Positions 17,374 through 26,081 of a stretch of DNA of 27,506 bases are shown here, piece by piece. The DNA is from a virus (lineage: Duplodnaviria > Caudoviricetes), in the IMG/VR virus record IMGVR_UViG_3300048606_000132, positions 1 to 27,506 of that record, one strand, 5' to 3'. Numbering within the stretch: position 1 is the stretch's first letter; each line of letters opens with the position of its first letter. The position numbers and the translations under genes are program-made. A model generated the notes under the pieces. The model ran no database searches. It saw only the letters and a program-made list of their open reading frames with translations, and had not been told where the DNA came from.

Positions 17374-18012
17374 TTAGTGGCGAGCCGACGCCAACTGGAA
17401 GCGGCGATTCCGATCCGAATCCGCCGTTTGTGTCTCCTGCCGACGCGTGACCAGCACGCAGTGATTCGTCTCGATTTGTTCGCGCCGGACCTTGGCGCCG
17501 GTATCAGCCGGCATTGACACCATGCTGATTTCGAATGGTTCCCAATCGACGGCCGTTCGAACCGGTAGCGCGTTGTTCTTGCCGGTCTCTTCTTCGAATT
17601 TGTAGACGCGATAACCAACCGAGACCGAGGTGATGATGCCGTCGCGCACGTCCTGGATGATGGGAGCCACGGCGTCGCGGGCGCTGAACTTCACCGTCGC
17701 CAGCGCCTTGCCTTTTTCCACGCGGGCGGTGCCTGCTACGACGGCGCCGAGTTGGTCTGTCACCGACCACGCGCTGTGTGAATCGAGGAGCGGGGCGCCG
17801 GCATTCAAGCGTTCGAGCCGGATCGCCGCCGGCACGATCGCGAGCTTCTCGATATACCGCTTGCCGGACATCCAGTCGTAGCGCTCGACGCCGCTGCCGG
17901 TACTGAAAATGACTTCAGCCGTGCGGTCGTCTTCGTTGAAGCTGGCGACCGTCGCCCGGATGGACAACGGTGGCATCTCGATTGAATTGGATCCCTGCGA
18001 AGTGCCTCGCAT
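17374..18012 (-). CDS. Prohead (maturation) protease, HK97/S78-like
   Basis: RLERLNAGAPLLDSH (His), DGIITSVSVGY (Ser), WEPFEISMVSMPAD; start uncertain (ATG18012 or a later Met). Confidence 0.9.
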   Translation of the reverse strand: MRGTSQGSNSIEMPPLSIRATVASFNEDDRTAEVIFSTGSGVERYDWMSGKRYIEKLAIVPAAIRLERLNAGAPLLDSHSAWSVTDQLGAVVAGTARVEKGKALATVKFSARDAVAPIIQDVRDGIITSVSVGYRVYKFEEETGKNNALPVRTAVDWEPFEISMVSMPADTGAKVRREQIETNHCVLVTRRQETQTADSDRNRRFQLASARH

Positions 18013-18019
18013 GGGATAC

Positions 18020-18084
18020 AGAGTGCCAGACGAATGGATGAGGCTAATCCCGCAAATCTTGCGGGGCCGCAAACTTAGCGGGGG
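18020..18084 (-). promoter_or_regulatory. Tandem palindromic sites and a possible extended -10 upstream of the protease/capsid genes
   Basis: CCCGCAA-ATC-TTGCGGG (18049-18065) and CCGC-AAACTTA-GCGG (18067-18081); TGGCACTCT on the - strand 7 nt before ATG18012. Confidence 0.45.
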
Positions 18085-18313
18085 ATTCTGATCTCACTTC
18101 AGAGTGCGGTAACGATGGCGCATTCGGAGCAAACAGCCAGCCCTTTTTATAGAGAGCTGAGACGTGTTCTTGCACGGTCGAATGATGAAGGTTGAACCTG
18201 CGCGCCAGGTATGACGCTGGGCACGCCTCGCCAGTGGCGCGATGGTATCGGACGATCATGTCGAGAATCGAGCGTTGACGGATCGTCAACAACATGCGCG
18301 GAGTACGCTTCAT
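18044..18313 (-). CDS. LexA N-terminal-like winged-HTH DNA-binding protein (no peptidase domain)
   Basis: LTIRQRSILDMI..TGE.CP...LARRFNL..STVQEHVSAL.KKGWL. Confidence 0.85.
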   Translation of the reverse strand: MKRTPRMLLTIRQRSILDMIVRYHRATGEACPASYLARRFNLHHSTVQEHVSALYKKGWLFAPNAPSLPHSEVRSESPAKFAAPQDLRD

Positions 18314-18774
18314 GTGAGGCGGTCCCCCTTCCGGCTATTACATTGACGATGAGCGAGTTGTAGGTTCTCTCGCTCGTGCGTGCCGCCGCGACTCTGCGGG
18401 AAAATATGATCTAGTGTCGCCTGATGCCTGCCTGAAGTAAGAGATAAGTCAACCGCCTCACCGCATATCGCACATCGTCCACCGTTACGTTCGTGAGCCG
18501 ACACTATTTCCGCGCGCTGCCATTCTTGTTTTGGTGTCGGCAGCGGCTGGCACGGTTGAACAGGAGCGCCGTAGTTGTAAGCGTCAGATACGGCGATGAT
18601 TAGTTGCCCGTCTTGGCTCTCTGTAGCAGCCAGGACTCCTTTCCGAATATCCCGGTAGATCGTGTCGACGTGGACGCCCCAATACGAGGCCAGCCGAGAC
18701 GGTGACACATGGATCTCGTTATCGAGCCCCGCCGTGTTCCGCTGCCGATCATCGGGTGCGTCCGTCTGGTTCAT
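18310..18774 (-). CDS. Excisionase-type HTH fused to an HNH endonuclease
   Basis: SPSRLASYWGVHVDTIYRDIRKG.L.A (HTH_17-like); CAICG..TLDHIFPQSRGG..ENLQLAHRQCNSRKGD. Confidence 0.88.
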   Translation of the reverse strand: MNQTDAPDDRQRNTAGLDNEIHVSPSRLASYWGVHVDTIYRDIRKGVLAATESQDGQLIIAVSDAYNYGAPVQPCQPLPTPKQEWQRAEIVSAHERNGGRCAICGEAVDLSLTSGRHQATLDHIFPQSRGGTHERENLQLAHRQCNSRKGDRLT

Positions 18775-19670
18775 TGAGCATCTCCAATTCCCGTGAGGGG
18801 CCGAGATGCGCGCCGACGTTGACGGCGCGAGAGCGGCGGTGGCTCAGGCGCGTCCACGTCGGTCGGCCGGATCATCTGGTCATCTTGGTCTTCTGGTCGA
18901 ATCTCCCGATGGTCTGGCAGTGGCGGCACGATCGGTTCTGGTTCTGGCTCCGAGCCAGACTCGATGGATTTCCAGATCTCAATCAATGGCCTCATCTCAT
19001 CGTCCGGCCGTCGCTTTGATAAGAGCGCCCGCTGCAATTCGCCCTTGAAATGGACGATGCGCGTGCGCGCGGGATCGAAGCTGGCCCAGCTTTCATCCTC
19101 GCAATTCCACTCGACACACGGGAGCCGGTGCACCCGCAGGCCCGCATGCCGCTTCTGCGTGAACAGCGCGCCCAACGCCGCCTGGTTGTGCCCACCGAAG
19201 GCCGGCCGCCAGACCTGCAGATGGAGGGGATCGTCCAGCATGCGGCGATTCTCTGTTGCCCACTCGGCGATGAACTCCTTGACAATCGGCGACACGCGCA
19301 AGAACAGCACACCTGCGTTGAACGGCATCCGCGATTCGGGCGGCTTCGTCGTGTACGCGAGATCGAACGGCAGATTCCAGACGTCGTCGAGCGACCGGAG
19401 GATGACAGTGTCGGCATCCATCAGCAGGATCCGATCGCCGGTCGCCGCGCGCGCGACCACAGCAGCCCACGCTTCAAGCTTCTGGGTATTGAACACCGAA
19501 TGCTGAAGCCCGAGGGGGCTGCTCATCGGGGCGAGCTCGCGGTCCTGGATGTCGAGCGCCCAGCCGGCACAATGGCGACGAGCTGATAACTCGAGCACGC
19601 GCGCGAGGCGGTCCCACATCCCCATGTGCCCGCCGCCGTAGTACCGCACGACAATCCGAGGCGCGGTCAT
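18771..19670 (-). CDS. GT-A glycosyltransferase (nucleotide-diphospho-sugar transferase; GT34/77/8-like)
   Basis: ILLMDADTVI (DxD), FNAGVLFLR, NQAAL, LPCVEWN, IVHFKG; Pro/acidic/basic C-terminal tail. Confidence 0.85.
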   Translation of the reverse strand: MTAPRIVVRYYGGGHMGMWDRLARVLELSARRHCAGWALDIQDRELAPMSSPLGLQHSVFNTQKLEAWAAVVARAATGDRILLMDADTVILRSLDDVWNLPFDLAYTTKPPESRMPFNAGVLFLRVSPIVKEFIAEWATENRRMLDDPLHLQVWRPAFGGHNQAALGALFTQKRHAGLRVHRLPCVEWNCEDESWASFDPARTRIVHFKGELQRALLSKRRPDDEMRPLIEIWKSIESGSEPEPEPIVPPLPDHREIRPEDQDDQMIRPTDVDAPEPPPLSRRQRRRASRPLTGIGDAQ

Positions 19671-21292
19671 CGGCGCTCTCCCGACGCGAGACGCAGCTGC
19701 CGTGCCGCCGCATCAGCCTCGTTGACGGCCGCGGCTGGCGCCGGCGCTGCCGCCGTTTTCGGCAGGGCCTTCCCCTGGAGCTGCCCGGCCTGCGTCATCT
19801 GACGCGGGTCACTGTCGAGAATCAACCCGAGTTCGTCGAGCTTCTCGAAGTCTGCGGCGATCTCGGTCATCACATCCTCTGGATCGTACCCGCGCTCGCG
19901 GAGCGCCTCTGAGAAGCTCATGATGCCGGCTCGAATATTCCGCTGGTAGGCCAGGCCTTCATTGACGGGATCAATCATCGGCGCCGGCGGGGCCGTCCAT
20001 TCCGCCGTCGGGGGATCCTTCAGCCCAAAGATCGCCGCGACTTCCATCGCCCAATTCCATGACGGATTACAGAACTGCGGAATCAGCATCCGCCAGCGCC
20101 AGTCCTCGACGCGCGCCCAATGCCGGAGCCTCGACATCCTGGCAGCCGAGAACGGCATGTCGGCATAATCGCCGGTCAAATCCTCGTAGGTCACGCCAAG
20201 GCCCGTCGCGATCGACCGCAGAGTGGTCTTCGTGTAGTCGCTGTACTCACGAACCGTCGGCGGGTCCACGACGCTGACGCTGCGACCCGCCGGCACGTTC
20301 AGAATCATGCCGGGTTCGAGGCTGTCGATTTCCGGGGATGTGGAACTGTCGTTCGTCCCGAGCGGTGTTCCGCTCCCGTCCACGTCGCTGGTGATCACGG
20401 CGAGGCACGCCGCGATCTTCTGTTTCATCAGGGTCGCATCTTCGAACTCATCGAAGTCCTTGAAGCGCAACAGGACCGGTGCAAACCACGACGCGCCGCG
20501 CACCTGGCCAGGACGCATCGGCTTAAAAATGTGCAACACGTTCGCGGCCGGCACCCGGACTGACGCGTTCACGCCGAAGGCCGAGCCGGGATGTTCGGGA
20601 AACAGCCAATAGGCAATCCGACGCCCCAAGATGTCGAACTCGACGCCCTGAATAATGCGGCGCCCGCCGTCCAAGCCACCGAGGCTGTCCTTGCTGATAT
20701 CCAGAAAGTCTGGCTCCAAGACCTGCAGCTGCATTGGGATCGAAAAGCCGTCTTCTGGCAGTCGCAGCCGGCGTCGCACGAGGACTTCGCCGGACTCGAC
20801 AACCGTCCGCATGACGAGCTTCTCGAGGCCAGCGAAATCATTGCGGCCGTCCGCGTCACATTCGGTCGTCTCGGCCCATTGTTTCCAGAGGGCCGCCGCG
20901 CGCTGATTCTTCGGCTGCGATTTCGGCACGATGCCCCAGCCGACGGTATGGTCCACGATCGTGCTGAGCCCGCTCTCGGCGTAGGGATTATTGCGCACGA
21001 GATCGCGCGCGACATCCCGCAGGCGACCAATAAACGGTCCGACTGCTTGATTGGCATCGGTGCTCGAGCGCCGCCAGCCCTGCGTCCGCCGGCCGACGGC
21101 CGCGCCTTCGTAGTTGCGTACGATCAGATCCGCGGCCATGCGGGCGCGAAGGCGTTTTAATTGCCAGCGCGGAGCCATGTTCGTGGCGACTCGGTCGAAC
21201 CAACTCATGGCTGGACTGCCCACCGCCGTGACTGTCTGGCGGCCCGTGCGCGGCCCGAACTCACGATCGAACCAGTTTGATTTCATCCGCAT
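19667..21292 (-). CDS. Phage portal protein, lambda gpB family
   Basis: YEGA..GRR, ARDLVRNN, GQVRG.SW.AP, GLGVTYEDLTGD, FSAAR, MIDP..E, ERGYDP; start uncertain (21292/21286/21208). Confidence 0.95.
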   Translation of the reverse strand: MRMKSNWFDREFGPRTGRQTVTAVGSPAMSWFDRVATNMAPRWQLKRLRARMAADLIVRNYEGAAVGRRTQGWRRSSTDANQAVGPFIGRLRDVARDLVRNNPYAESGLSTIVDHTVGWGIVPKSQPKNQRAAALWKQWAETTECDADGRNDFAGLEKLVMRTVVESGEVLVRRRLRLPEDGFSIPMQLQVLEPDFLDISKDSLGGLDGGRRIIQGVEFDILGRRIAYWLFPEHPGSAFGVNASVRVPAANVLHIFKPMRPGQVRGASWFAPVLLRFKDFDEFEDATLMKQKIAACLAVITSDVDGSGTPLGTNDSSTSPEIDSLEPGMILNVPAGRSVSVVDPPTVREYSDYTKTTLRSIATGLGVTYEDLTGDYADMPFSAARMSRLRHWARVEDWRWRMLIPQFCNPSWNWAMEVAAIFGLKDPPTAEWTAPPAPMIDPVNEGLAYQRNIRAGIMSFSEALRERGYDPEDVMTEIAADFEKLDELGLILDSDPRQMTQAGQLQGKALPKTAAAPAPAAAVNEADAAARQLRLASGERR

Positions 21293-21302
21293 CAGAAGCC
21301 TC

Positions 21303-22010
21303 TCACCGCCAGTGTTGGCGTACCCATTCAAGTTCGCTCGGACCTTTCGACCACGGGTCCGCCTTGCCGTTAAAAAAACAAATGCGCGCGTCGACCGGGA
21401 GTCGTCCCCCGACAGGCGCCACGTGTAGTCGATAGCTGTAGACGCCGTCAGCGGTCGTCCATCGGGCTTCCTTCTCGCCGAGGCAGTAGCTAATCCACGC
21501 TTGGTCAGACCCGTAGTGCCCGGCTTTCTTCGCGTAATCGGGCGAGTACCGCGGATGGAAGTCGTTCCAGACCCGCGGCCTGGTGCCAGCCGTCAACAGA
21601 AACATCGACCCGTTGAACGTCGTCGGCGGCTGCGTCCCTGCGAGGCCCACGAATTCTTCTGGGCGATTCCAGAGCGGCCGTAAATCGCCCATCACCACGC
21701 AGTCGAGGTCGATCGAGACGAAGCGTTTGCCGAGGATCTCGCGCATTTCCGGCGCGAACGCCTTCAGCCGGCGATAGCAACTCGGATGCGTGTGGCTATG
21801 TGGGTGCAACAGCGTCGCATGATCGTCCCAGAGCGGCACCACTTCGACATCAGGATCGAGTCCGTCCGGATCGTCGGTCACGCAGATGAATCGGTGCGGG
21901 TCCGGATAGTGACGAGCCACCATCCGCCTGAGGATGTTTACGGTGTCAGGTGAATAGCTCGAGCGATACCCGTTGAACGGTTTCCATTTCCACGTCACTA
22001 CGCTCAGCAT
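21303..22010 (-). CDS. GT-A glycosyltransferase (paralog of 24005-24718)
   Basis: VNILRRMVARH..HRFICVTDD, FVSIDLD (DxD), FNGSMF, GSDQAWI, FFNGK..PW. Confidence 0.85.
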   Translation of the reverse strand: MLSVVTWKWKPFNGYRSSYSPDTVNILRRMVARHYPDPHRFICVTDDPDGLDPDVEVVPLWDDHATLLHPHSHTHPSCYRRLKAFAPEMREILGKRFVSIDLDCVVMGDLRPLWNRPEEFVGLAGTQPPTTFNGSMFLLTAGTRPRVWNDFHPRYSPDYAKKAGHYGSDQAWISYCLGEKEARWTTADGVYSYRLHVAPVGGRLPVDARICFFNGKADPWSKGPSELEWVRQHWR

Positions 22011-22867
22011 GACGTCACCAATTCATACGGCACCGTGAGCCTGAGCGGTTTCCAGTCGGGGATCTCCGCCCGCGCGGCCTTGATGCGCGGCACATGGATC
22101 CCGTCTTCGGGTTGCTTCCGTTTGTACGCGAGACCGCGCCGGATAAACTCCTCGTTCTCGTGATCCGTCGAAGCGTCACAGATGACTTCGCGGGGATATC
22201 GCACCAGGGGCAGATCGAGCATGATCACGCCCTTCGCTGGACTCGTGGCGGCGTTCTTCGGCACGCCCTTGCAGCGCTCGCGAAATTCGGAATCACTGCC
22301 GTAGTACCCGGAGAATCGCTCGTCATACCCGCCCATCTGGTCGAACATCTGGCGCGTCATCAGCCAACTGTTCGGGTGCTCCTGATACTGCGCCAACTTC
22401 GAGAGTGTCCACGGCCACGGGTGCCGCGCATCGCGCCGACGGAAGCGGTAGATATAGTTCGGGTCGATCAACCCGTTCGCCGTTCCGATGTATCGCTTGT
22501 GTGAATCCGACGCCTCGAGTTGCCCGGTCAGCGTCTGCCCACTGAGCAGCGCTCGTAACGTCTCGGCTGGCAACACGTGATCGATGTCCGTCAACAGTAC
22601 CCAGTCTGTTCTGGCCTTCTTGACGCCAAGGTTCCGCTTCGCCAGCCAGTCCCATCGGCGATGCTGCAGCACGATGTAGAGCTGCTGTGACGCGATGCCA
22701 ACTGGGCGAAAGACATCGAACGCGCGGGCCTCCGATTTGATGTCATCGGTGACGACCACGTGGAAATGTGGCTTCATGTCGCCCGGGTACGCATCCCAGA
22801 TCTTTAGTTGCTCCAGAAACATCCCCTGATTCTGAAAACAGCCACAGATGAACGTCAGGTCTCTCAC
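22004..22867 (-). CDS. GT2-like glycosyltransferase with GT7-C-like motif
   Basis: VVVTDD, KRNLG..ARTDWVLLTDIDH (DxD), GGYDERFSGYYGSD; GTGA-coupled start. Confidence 0.85.
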   Translation of the reverse strand: MRDLTFICGCFQNQGMFLEQLKIWDAYPGDMKPHFHVVVTDDIKSEARAFDVFRPVGIASQQLYIVLQHRRWDWLAKRNLGVKKARTDWVLLTDIDHVLPAETLRALLSGQTLTGQLEASDSHKRYIGTANGLIDPNYIYRFRRRDARHPWPWTLSKLAQYQEHPNSWLMTRQMFDQMGGYDERFSGYYGSDSEFRERCKGVPKNAATSPAKGVIMLDLPLVRYPREVICDASTDHENEEFIRRGLAYKRKQPEDGIHVPRIKAARAEIPDWKPLRLTVPYELVTSC

Positions 22868-23448
22868 GACACCACCCAATAAAATGACGGATTGCGTTCT
22901 CGAGTCAGCACGGCCCAGTCACGGATCCCGTGGTCGCGCACGAACGCATCCACCGCTGGCTTGACTTGAATCAGGGGACGCGCAGGGAAGTCGCGATAGT
23001 CATGGCCAGCCACGACCCCGCCGACGCGCACTTTCGGTGCCCAGGCCTCGAGGTCGACATACACCGCCTCCCGCCCGTGGTTCCCGTCGATGTAGACGAA
23101 GTCGAGTGAGCGATCTGGCACCGATTGCGCCGCCGTCAGCGAGAGCCTGCCGTCGATGACGCACCCGTACGGCTGCAATCTCCGCTCGGCTTGGGCGCGG
23201 ATCGCCACCCAGGAGGCCGCTTGCTTCGCTTCGTGGTAGGTCGGGTCATCGCCCCAGGCGTCGACGCAGCGGAGGTGGAGTCCAGGCAGCGCCTTGCACA
23301 TCGCTTCCGAGAAGCCGCCCTTCCAGACGCCGACCTCCGCGCCACTCGTGAAGCCGCGCGCCGCGAACCACCGCAGCAACTCGGTCCGACCGGCAGATGG
23401 ATACACCGTCGGATTCTCGCCATGGGGACGGCCGAAGAATTCGGTCAT
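22864..23448 (-). CDS. Class I SAM methyltransferase (Methyltransf_24-like, O-methyltransferase type)
   Basis: GAEVGVWKG, CVDAW, SLDFVYIDGNH, PKVRVGG..GHDY. Confidence 0.9.
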   Translation of the reverse strand: MTEFFGRPHGENPTVYPSAGRTELLRWFAARGFTSGAEVGVWKGGFSEAMCKALPGLHLRCVDAWGDDPTYHEAKQAASWVAIRAQAERRLQPYGCVIDGRLSLTAAQSVPDRSLDFVYIDGNHGREAVYVDLEAWAPKVRVGGVVAGHDYRDFPARPLIQVKPAVDAFVRDHGIRDWAVLTRERNPSFYWVVS

Positions 23449-24002
23449 CCTGGAATCCTCAAACTCTCGCGATAGCGGCCCTGTTGCGGCGTGCGAAACG
23501 CGTCGTTGGTCATCGGCCGCCTAAAGGCGCCGCGGATCAACTCGCCACGGGGCGTGGTGGCGGTCTCCAGCCAGAGCACGTGGTAGTCATTCGCGACTGC
23601 GATGTCCTGGTAGAGGCACTCATTCGTGAGGTAGAAGCAGTGCTTGTGGTACCCCTGCGTTGGACGGTCGAACACGATGACCCCGCCGGGCTTCGTGAGC
23701 TCGTGCAGCGTGCGCCAGACCTGCGCCTGGTCGAAGATGTGCTCGCCAGTCCCGAAGTCGGTCACGAGATCGAACGCCTCATTGAACCGGATGGGCAGAT
23801 TCAGATCGGCGGTCAGCGTGCCTCGCCCGTTGCCATCGATCGACACGTAGCGGCCACAGCCGCGCTCCGTCTCATACCAGACCTTCGCGAGCCGTTTCGT
23901 CGGTTCCCCACACATGCCTTGGTCGCCGAGTTCGCACACCGAGAACCCTTTCGGCAGCGGCAAGGCGGCGACGAAGGCGGCGGGCTCCTTGAGAATCCCC
24001 AT
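23445..24002 (-). CDS. Class I SAM methyltransferase-like protein
   Basis: VCELGDQ, YVSIDGNG, DLNLP, FDLVTDFGTGEHIFDQ, KPGG. Confidence 0.8.
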   Translation of the reverse strand: MGILKEPAAFVAALPLPKGFSVCELGDQGMCGEPTKRLAKVWYETERGCGRYVSIDGNGRGTLTADLNLPIRFNEAFDLVTDFGTGEHIFDQAQVWRTLHELTKPGGVIVFDRPTQGYHKHCFYLTNECLYQDIAVANDYHVLWLETATTPRGELIRGAFRRPMTNDAFRTPQQGRYRESLRIPG

Positions 24003-24004
24003 GG

Positions 24005-24718
24005 CTATGCCGCTCCCCACAGCGGCTCAAACCACGGCCAGCGCTCCACCGCTTCATGATTCTTTGGCTTCTTACAGAGGATCACCTTGGCGTCCGCCGG
24101 CCACGGTGGTTGCACGCGGGAGATCCGAGGGAACCAGGCATACGGCATCCCTTGGGCCTCTGGCGCTTGTTCGCCGATCCAGTCCTGGTCGCCGCTCAGG
24201 CGCTCGGCCTCGGCCGGGGTCCAGCGCGTGAATAGTTCGGGATGCGCCCCGCCGGTGAACCCCATCACGCTCGAATTGAATCGCCGAACGAGTTTCCGGC
24301 CGTAGCGGTCCCGATCAATGTGCGCGCGCTCACGCACGAGCGCGTCTTCTGTGAGAACGAACTCGGCCGGATAGTCGACGATCGGATCGAGCGGCGCGAC
24401 GATGAGCGTGTCGAGGTCGAGGTAAAGGATTCGCCCCTCGAGTGCGAGCGCCGGATCAAAGAGTCGCAGCTTGTTCCAGTAGCCAACGGCGTTATCTGGC
24501 ACCGCGCCGGCCAACGACGGGATCACGACCAGATGCGGCGTGAACAACGGTAACCGCATGGTCTCTTTCAAGACCAGCGGCGCGGTCTCACGATCGACGA
24601 GGCAGGTAAACACGAAGGGCCGCGCCAAGTAGCGGCGCACCATGCGCTCGAGGCGCACGACGTACTCAGCGGTGTAGGGATACGGCCCAGACACGAAGAC
24701 GCAGGCGACGGTCAGCAT
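24005..24718 (-). CDS. GT-A glycosyltransferase (paralog of 21303-22010)
   Basis: EYVVRLERMVRRYL..F.CL.D, GYWNKL.LF, ILYLDLD (DxD), FNSSVM, GDQDWI. Confidence 0.85.
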   Translation of the reverse strand: MLTVACVFVSGPYPYTAEYVVRLERMVRRYLARPFVFTCLVDRETAPLVLKETMRLPLFTPHLVVIPSLAGAVPDNAVGYWNKLRLFDPALALEGRILYLDLDTLIVAPLDPIVDYPAEFVLTEDALVRERAHIDRDRYGRKLVRRFNSSVMGFTGGAHPELFTRWTPAEAERLSGDQDWIGEQAPEAQGMPYAWFPRISRVQPPWPADAKVILCKKPKNHEAVERWPWFEPLWGAA

Positions 24719-25296
24719 GGGACTCCGACGGCGATGACGCGCTTCTCGCGCTTCTCCGCTCGTTTGTACGGCAACGGTAACGGCCAGCTTTTCCAGTCCA
24801 GCAGTCGAAATCGAGCGGCGGTGAGCTGATCAAGCCACCACTCGCGCGATTCAAGGATCAGATGCGCGTTGCGACCGTCGGTCAGCGTCTTGTTCGCGGG
24901 GTCGAGCGCGATGACGAAGAGGACCGCCTGGCGCGCGAGCACGTGCAGATGCGCGAGCACCGCCGGTAGTTTCTCGGGTTCGATGTGCTCGAGCACGTCC
25001 GTGCAGACCACGAGATCCGCGAAGGCCGGCAGCGAATCCTTCCCGGGCCTGGCGGGGTCGTATTCATCCAATCTGACACCTGTGAGATATCGGTCCTTCA
25101 GCGTGGCGACGAGGGTTCCGCCACCGCAGCCGTAATCGAGCACCGAATGCGCGTCGAAGTGCTGCAGTAGCGCCTCGACGGTGTCCGCCCATTTCTTCCC
25201 TTTGCCCCCGTACCCGTCCGGCGCGGCGTGCAACACCTTCTGCATGTCGAGGTAGGCCGGCGAGATTCGGTCGATCAGCGCGTGTGGCGTCTTCAT
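24712..25296 (-). CDS. Class I SAM methyltransferase
   Basis: VLDYGCGGG (motif I), EYDPA, ADLVVCTDVLEHIEP. Confidence 0.9.
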   Translation of the reverse strand: MKTPHALIDRISPAYLDMQKVLHAAPDGYGGKGKKWADTVEALLQHFDAHSVLDYGCGGGTLVATLKDRYLTGVRLDEYDPARPGKDSLPAFADLVVCTDVLEHIEPEKLPAVLAHLHVLARQAVLFVIALDPANKTLTDGRNAHLILESREWWLDQLTAARFRLLDWKSWPLPLPYKRAEKREKRVIAVGVPC

Positions 25297-26081
25297 GGGG
25301 CCACCTTCGCGCCGACGTGCTGCTTGTAGGTGAAGTCGCGCCGCTCGGCCTTATCGAACGGCTTCACGCGATAGCGGTCCACGGTGTAGCCAGCCGCTTG
25401 CGCCTCGGCGTACAGCCGGTCGAAGAGTTCGACGAGCTCCGGCCTGGGATGAGACAACACCTCGCCGGTGTACCAATGCCGCCGCCCTTCTGCGGCCAGG
25501 CGCGGGATCGCATGCTTCAAATGGAGCTGGGTCTCTATCCGCGTGTAGTGAACGGCTTTCACGCTGGGATCGTCCAGGGTGGTTCCCTTCAAGTCCCCGC
25601 AGTCCCAATTCCCCTGACACGCCGCGAGCAGTTCCGGGTGCGCCCTGAAGTACTTCAACATCCAGCCGTGCGCATCCGGCATCGCGCGCAGCTCGTCGAG
25701 CGCCGGCACGTGACCTCGAGCCCGCCCACAATCGAACAGGATGCAGGACGTCGAGAGCTTGCCGGTGGCGTTGCGCACCAGGCCGACGTTCGGAATGGGC
25801 TGATTCCATAATTCGGTGATGTCGGCTAGAAAGAAGAAGTCCGAGTCGCAATAAATCGCGCGGCCCTTGTAATTGCAGATCGCTGGAATGCCCCATCTGA
25901 AATGGGTGAACGGCGTGCGACCGGTCGCGCATTGCCAGCCGCTCCACGGTCCACTCGCCGCCTGCTGCATCCACGTAATCTCCACCGGCTGCGAGGCGTG
26001 CTTGCGCAAGGTGTACTCGGCCACTACTTGCGATTCGAGGTCGCAGTTATTCCCGTCCGCCCCAAAGAACACTCGGATCAC
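25293..26081 (-). CDS. GT-A glycosyltransferase, GT8-like (plant CDI-like type)
   Basis: IRVFFGAD, TLRKHASQPVEI, TPFTHFRWGIP, GRAIYCDSDF..ADITELW (DxD), WD, VHYT; GTGA-coupled start at 26081. Confidence 0.85.
   Translation of the reverse strand: MIRVFFGADGNNCDLESQVVAEYTLRKHASQPVEITWMQQAASGPWSGWQCATGRTPFTHFRWGIPAICNYKGRAIYCDSDFFFLADITELWNQPIPNVGLVRNATGKLSTSCILFDCGRARGHVPALDELRAMPDAHGWMLKYFRAHPELLAACQGNWDCGDLKGTTLDDPSVKAVHYTRIETQLHLKHAIPRLAAEGRRHWYTGEVLSHPRPELVELFDRLYAEAQAAGYTVDRYRVKPFDKAERRDFTYKQHVGAKVAP

Noticed and set aside
15773-17377. 534-aa + strand ORF, and many other long + strand ORFs such as 9445-10380, 11680-12552 and 11984-12862
   Set aside because: Antisense shadows of clear - strand phage genes, typical of high-GC codon bias; no recognisable motifs
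18044-18313. lexA / CI repressor
   Set aside because: Only the DNA-binding domain is present, with no S24 peptidase domain, and it is not in an immunity region
22864-25296. Methyltransferases as a restriction-modification or DNA-modification system
   Set aside because: No DNA-MTase catalytic motifs, no hydroxymethylase/TET or replication genes nearby, and a late-operon location
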